NCBI RefSeq assembly: GCF_052425735.1 | Contig: NC_135765.1 | Span: 1,116,001 to 1,180,000, forward strand | DNA length: 64,000 bases | Direction: 5' to 3' | Source: Oculina patagonica | Lineage: Eukaryota | Shown: positions 60,974-64,000 of the stretch, piece after piece | Layout of the letters: each line of letters opens with the position of its first letter | Position numbering within the stretch: the stretch's first letter is position 1 | The notes under the pieces: generated by a model | Told to the model about the DNA's origin: nothing | The model's input: only the letters and a program-made list of their open reading frames with translations | The model's database searches: none | Program-made: the position numbers and the translations under genes

Positions 60974-63900
60974 ATGCCTTCCAGCGAAATGCCGTCGGCT
61001 AAAGCGAGACAGTTTGACGAGTTTGTTGAGCAACAAATTGAGCGGATGCCTCAAATGACGGACTCAATTCGTGAAGTTGTCCGTAATATACTGGATGAAC
61101 CAATTCCTCTGGAAGTGCAAGAGCGTTTGCTTAAACCGTTGCTTTTACAAAAGTATCACCCAAAACCCCCTCAGCGACTTCGTCGCAAGGAAAAGAAGGA
61201 GCAAAAAAGGAAGAACATTCAAAATGAATTTGATCCCTTTGTACCACACGAAAATCGGGTGGTAACAAATTATCAGAATGAGATTTTAAACCTTCTTGAT
61301 GCCCCAGAATACGATGGGGAGGAGGAGGAGAATGGGCGTCGTTTTATTCGATGGCGCTTTAACAGAGGTCTGGAAAAAGACCTTACACCAAACTTTATGG
61401 AAAAAATTCGAGAAAACGTAAACACAGCGTTTTATATCAGACATGTTTACTCGTATCAGTTGCGCAACATTGAAGATGATACGGTCATTGTCTACTACAT
61501 TAACAGAGGCTCACCTTGGATTAATAAGCTTTCTGCAGCGAGAAAATGGTTGAGCGAACAGGAGACTAAACGCCTGGCCCCTGACAATATCAAAAGACCT
61601 TCTACAAAGTGGAAGTTTGAAAGCTTTTTTAATGTTGATGTAAAGTTTGTGCTTGACCGTCAACCGCTGTTAGGCACAGGCCCCTTACCAGACTGGCTGC
61701 GCAACCTTGCACATGGCCGGTCGATGGTTGCGCTGGATACCTATCGAGATAATTTGTGTTTATGGCGTTGTATTGCTGTACACCGAGGAGTGCGTCTTGA
61801 TCGAAGCACAGCAGCAGCCCGCGGTCTCGCAAAGAGTTTCTTCAAACTCGAAACTGTGCCGACCGACTGTCCAAAAACATCTCTTGATGAATTAGATGAA
61901 GTTGAAAGGCATCTGAATCAGGGTGCCGCTTTCTCTGATTGGCTCGGCATTCGAGTTTATGAGCCTGTGAGGGTAAAAGATAAGGAAGTCGTATGGCATC
62001 TAAAAAGAAACCCTCCAGCTATGCTGAAGAACATTCTGACAATCGGCATTTACGAAGGGCACGCGTTTGTCATAAAGGATATTGAAAGGTTAGCGAAAAC
62101 TTTTGCATGCTCCCATTGCAACGCGAGATTTACGCAAGCTTGTAACCTTAAACGGCATGCCCAAACTTGCAGCCAAGGAAAAACAATAATCGATTGCCCG
62201 GGGAAAAAGGTGGAAGCCCCTCAGACAAGCTTTGAGAAGGCTTTCTATCCGAGCCATCAAGCTTCCAAAGAATCGCTTCAGTGGCTTGACCAAGAAGCCA
62301 AGCGGCGGAAAATTCACATACACCACGCAATGTGCGGGCATGGTGGCGAGCGTTGGGTTGAGCGCGCACCTGTCGACGGGTACGACCCTGTGACAAAGAC
62401 TGTATTTCAATACCACGGCTGCCACTGGCACGGGTGTCTAAAATGTTACCCACAAGATCGTGACAAAATCATTGACCGTGGCCAGACACGTCAAGACAGG
62501 TTTTTAGCCACAATGAAACGCACAGGATGGCTACGACGGGCCGGCTACCGTGTGATCGAGGCTTGGGCGTGCGAGGTTGGGAAAAGCTTGTTGATACACC
62601 GCGGGCCCAAACAAAAAGCTACCCGCACGCGATCTTGTACGATTTCGAGTCGTATGGCGACAATAATCAGCGAAAGGAACCGACGCCAACGCTCACGATC
62701 GAAAACGCGCACGTGCCAATCTCGGTAAGCATCGGTGACACCCTTGAAAGAGAGCCCACCCACATCTGTGAAAGAGACCCCGCAGAGCTGGTCCGCAAGT
62801 TTATGGAAGAGCTTGAGAGGCGCGGAAAAAACATCCGGGCTCAAGTAAGAGCGGAATTTATGCCAGAAGACGTTGGCCTGCTTCCAAAAGCGCAGCGGCA
62901 AAAAATCGAGGAATGGTGCAACCAGGTACCTGTAGTTGGGTTTAACTCTGGCAGCTACGATCTGAATCTGATCAAAAATAACTTCGCAGAACGCCTTGCT
63001 GACACAACCGGCAAAGTCAGAGTGGCAAAAAATGGTAACAAAATCATGTTCTTGCTCACTCAGGGCTTTCGTTTCCTTGACATCATCAACTACCTTGGGC
63101 CGGGAACAAGCTATGAAAAGTGGGTTAAGGCTTATGAATGCGAGGCAAAGAAATCGTGGTTTCCTTACGAGTGGTTTGACTCCCCCGAAAAGCTTGACTA
63201 CCCTGGGCTTCCTGACTACCCAGCGTGGTTTTCGAAGTTGAAAGGTCAATTCGTGCTCACAAGGGAGGAGTGGGAGGGGTGTAAGCGCACATTTGCGGAA
63301 AAGGGCATGCGCACCTTTGCAGACTGGCTGCGCTATTACAACAATCTCGACGTGTCTCCTGGCCTGGAAGCTCTTGAAAAGATGAAAGCTTTTTACACTG
63401 AAAAGAGGATCGACATTCTTAAAGACGCAGTCAGTATTCCCGGGGTTAGCTTACATTACCTGCTCAGAGGATCTGTTGAAAGAGGAGCTGAACTTTTCTC
63501 TCCTTGCGAAGAAGCGTAAGAAATGTTAAAAGGGGCTGTTGTTGGAGGGCCAAGCATAGTATTTACAAGGTACCACGAAGCTGGCGTCACAAAGATCAGA
63601 GATCACCAGTACCCCGCTCCGCATCTTTGCGAAAACATTGTCGGCTACGATGCAAATGCCCTTTATCTGTCAACAATGTTGGAAAACATGCCCTGCGGAA
63701 AGGAAGAAGTCCACCAATTTTCAGGAGTTGAAGAAGCGGAGGCGAAGTTACTTACGCAAAATCTGAAAGGAGAAAATCCTTCTTACATACGCGAATGGTT
63801 TGGATTTGCTGAAGTTGACATTGAGATTCCAAAAAAATTGTGGAAAAAGTTTGAAGAGATGCCGCCATTCTTTTACAACAAAGAGGTTCCAGGCGAAGCT

Positions 63901-64000
63901 GTTCCACAACACATGTATGAATACTTGAAAAAAACAAAAAGAAATCGTGGAGATGGTAAAAAGCTCGTTGGTGCCCTTTCTGCCAAAAAAATTCTTTTGT
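60974..64000 (+). pseudogene. Polinton/Maverick-type protein-primed DNA polymerase B with C2H2 finger and VSR-like nuclease domain; disrupted and running off the window
   Basis: Zn finger CSHC...LKRHAQTC; VSR-like VDGY..TKTVFQYHGCHWHGC...GYRVIEAWACE; ExoI ILYDFES; ExoII GFNSGSYD; FPYEWFD; ExoIII YYNNLDV; Pol motif A VGYDANALYLSTM (about 63640). Frameshift near 62585 and in-frame TAA at 63517-63519. Confidence 0.88.

Noticed and set aside
62575-62595. Programmed -1 frameshift at GGGAAAA in the pPolB
   Set aside because: The heptamer is in the wrong phase for X XXY YYZ slippage (it reads GGG AAA A), and a separate premature stop indicates decay.

Overview
This is AT-rich, intron-containing animal genomic DNA. 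The MITE/SINE/LINE landscape and gene content suggest a cnidarian, probably a stony coral (inference). The main feature is a >43 kb cluster (17.6 to beyond 60.5 kb) of paralogous type-I single-pass membrane genes. Five have full models whose ectodomains are PAIRS of Frizzled-type cysteine-rich domains (CRDs): one with 6 CRDs and four with 2 CRDs, one of which carries a frameshift. A sixth is seen only as its last exon. They have Ser/Thr-rich stalks of very different length, one TM helix and short tails. None has a 7TM region, kinase, NTR or protease domain. I reconstructed the spliced models by hand from GT-AG junctions and reading phase. Also present: a secreted PAN-EGF-F5/8C gene, a small mucin-like TM gene, a recent tandem duplication of about 6 kb, a 5'-truncated LINE, SINEs and about 20 MITEs, many with readable TIRs/TSDs. 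A decayed Polinton/Maverick-type protein-primed DNA polymerase B, with a Zn finger and a VSR-like nuclease, lies antisense in the apparent last intron of the sixth cluster gene.
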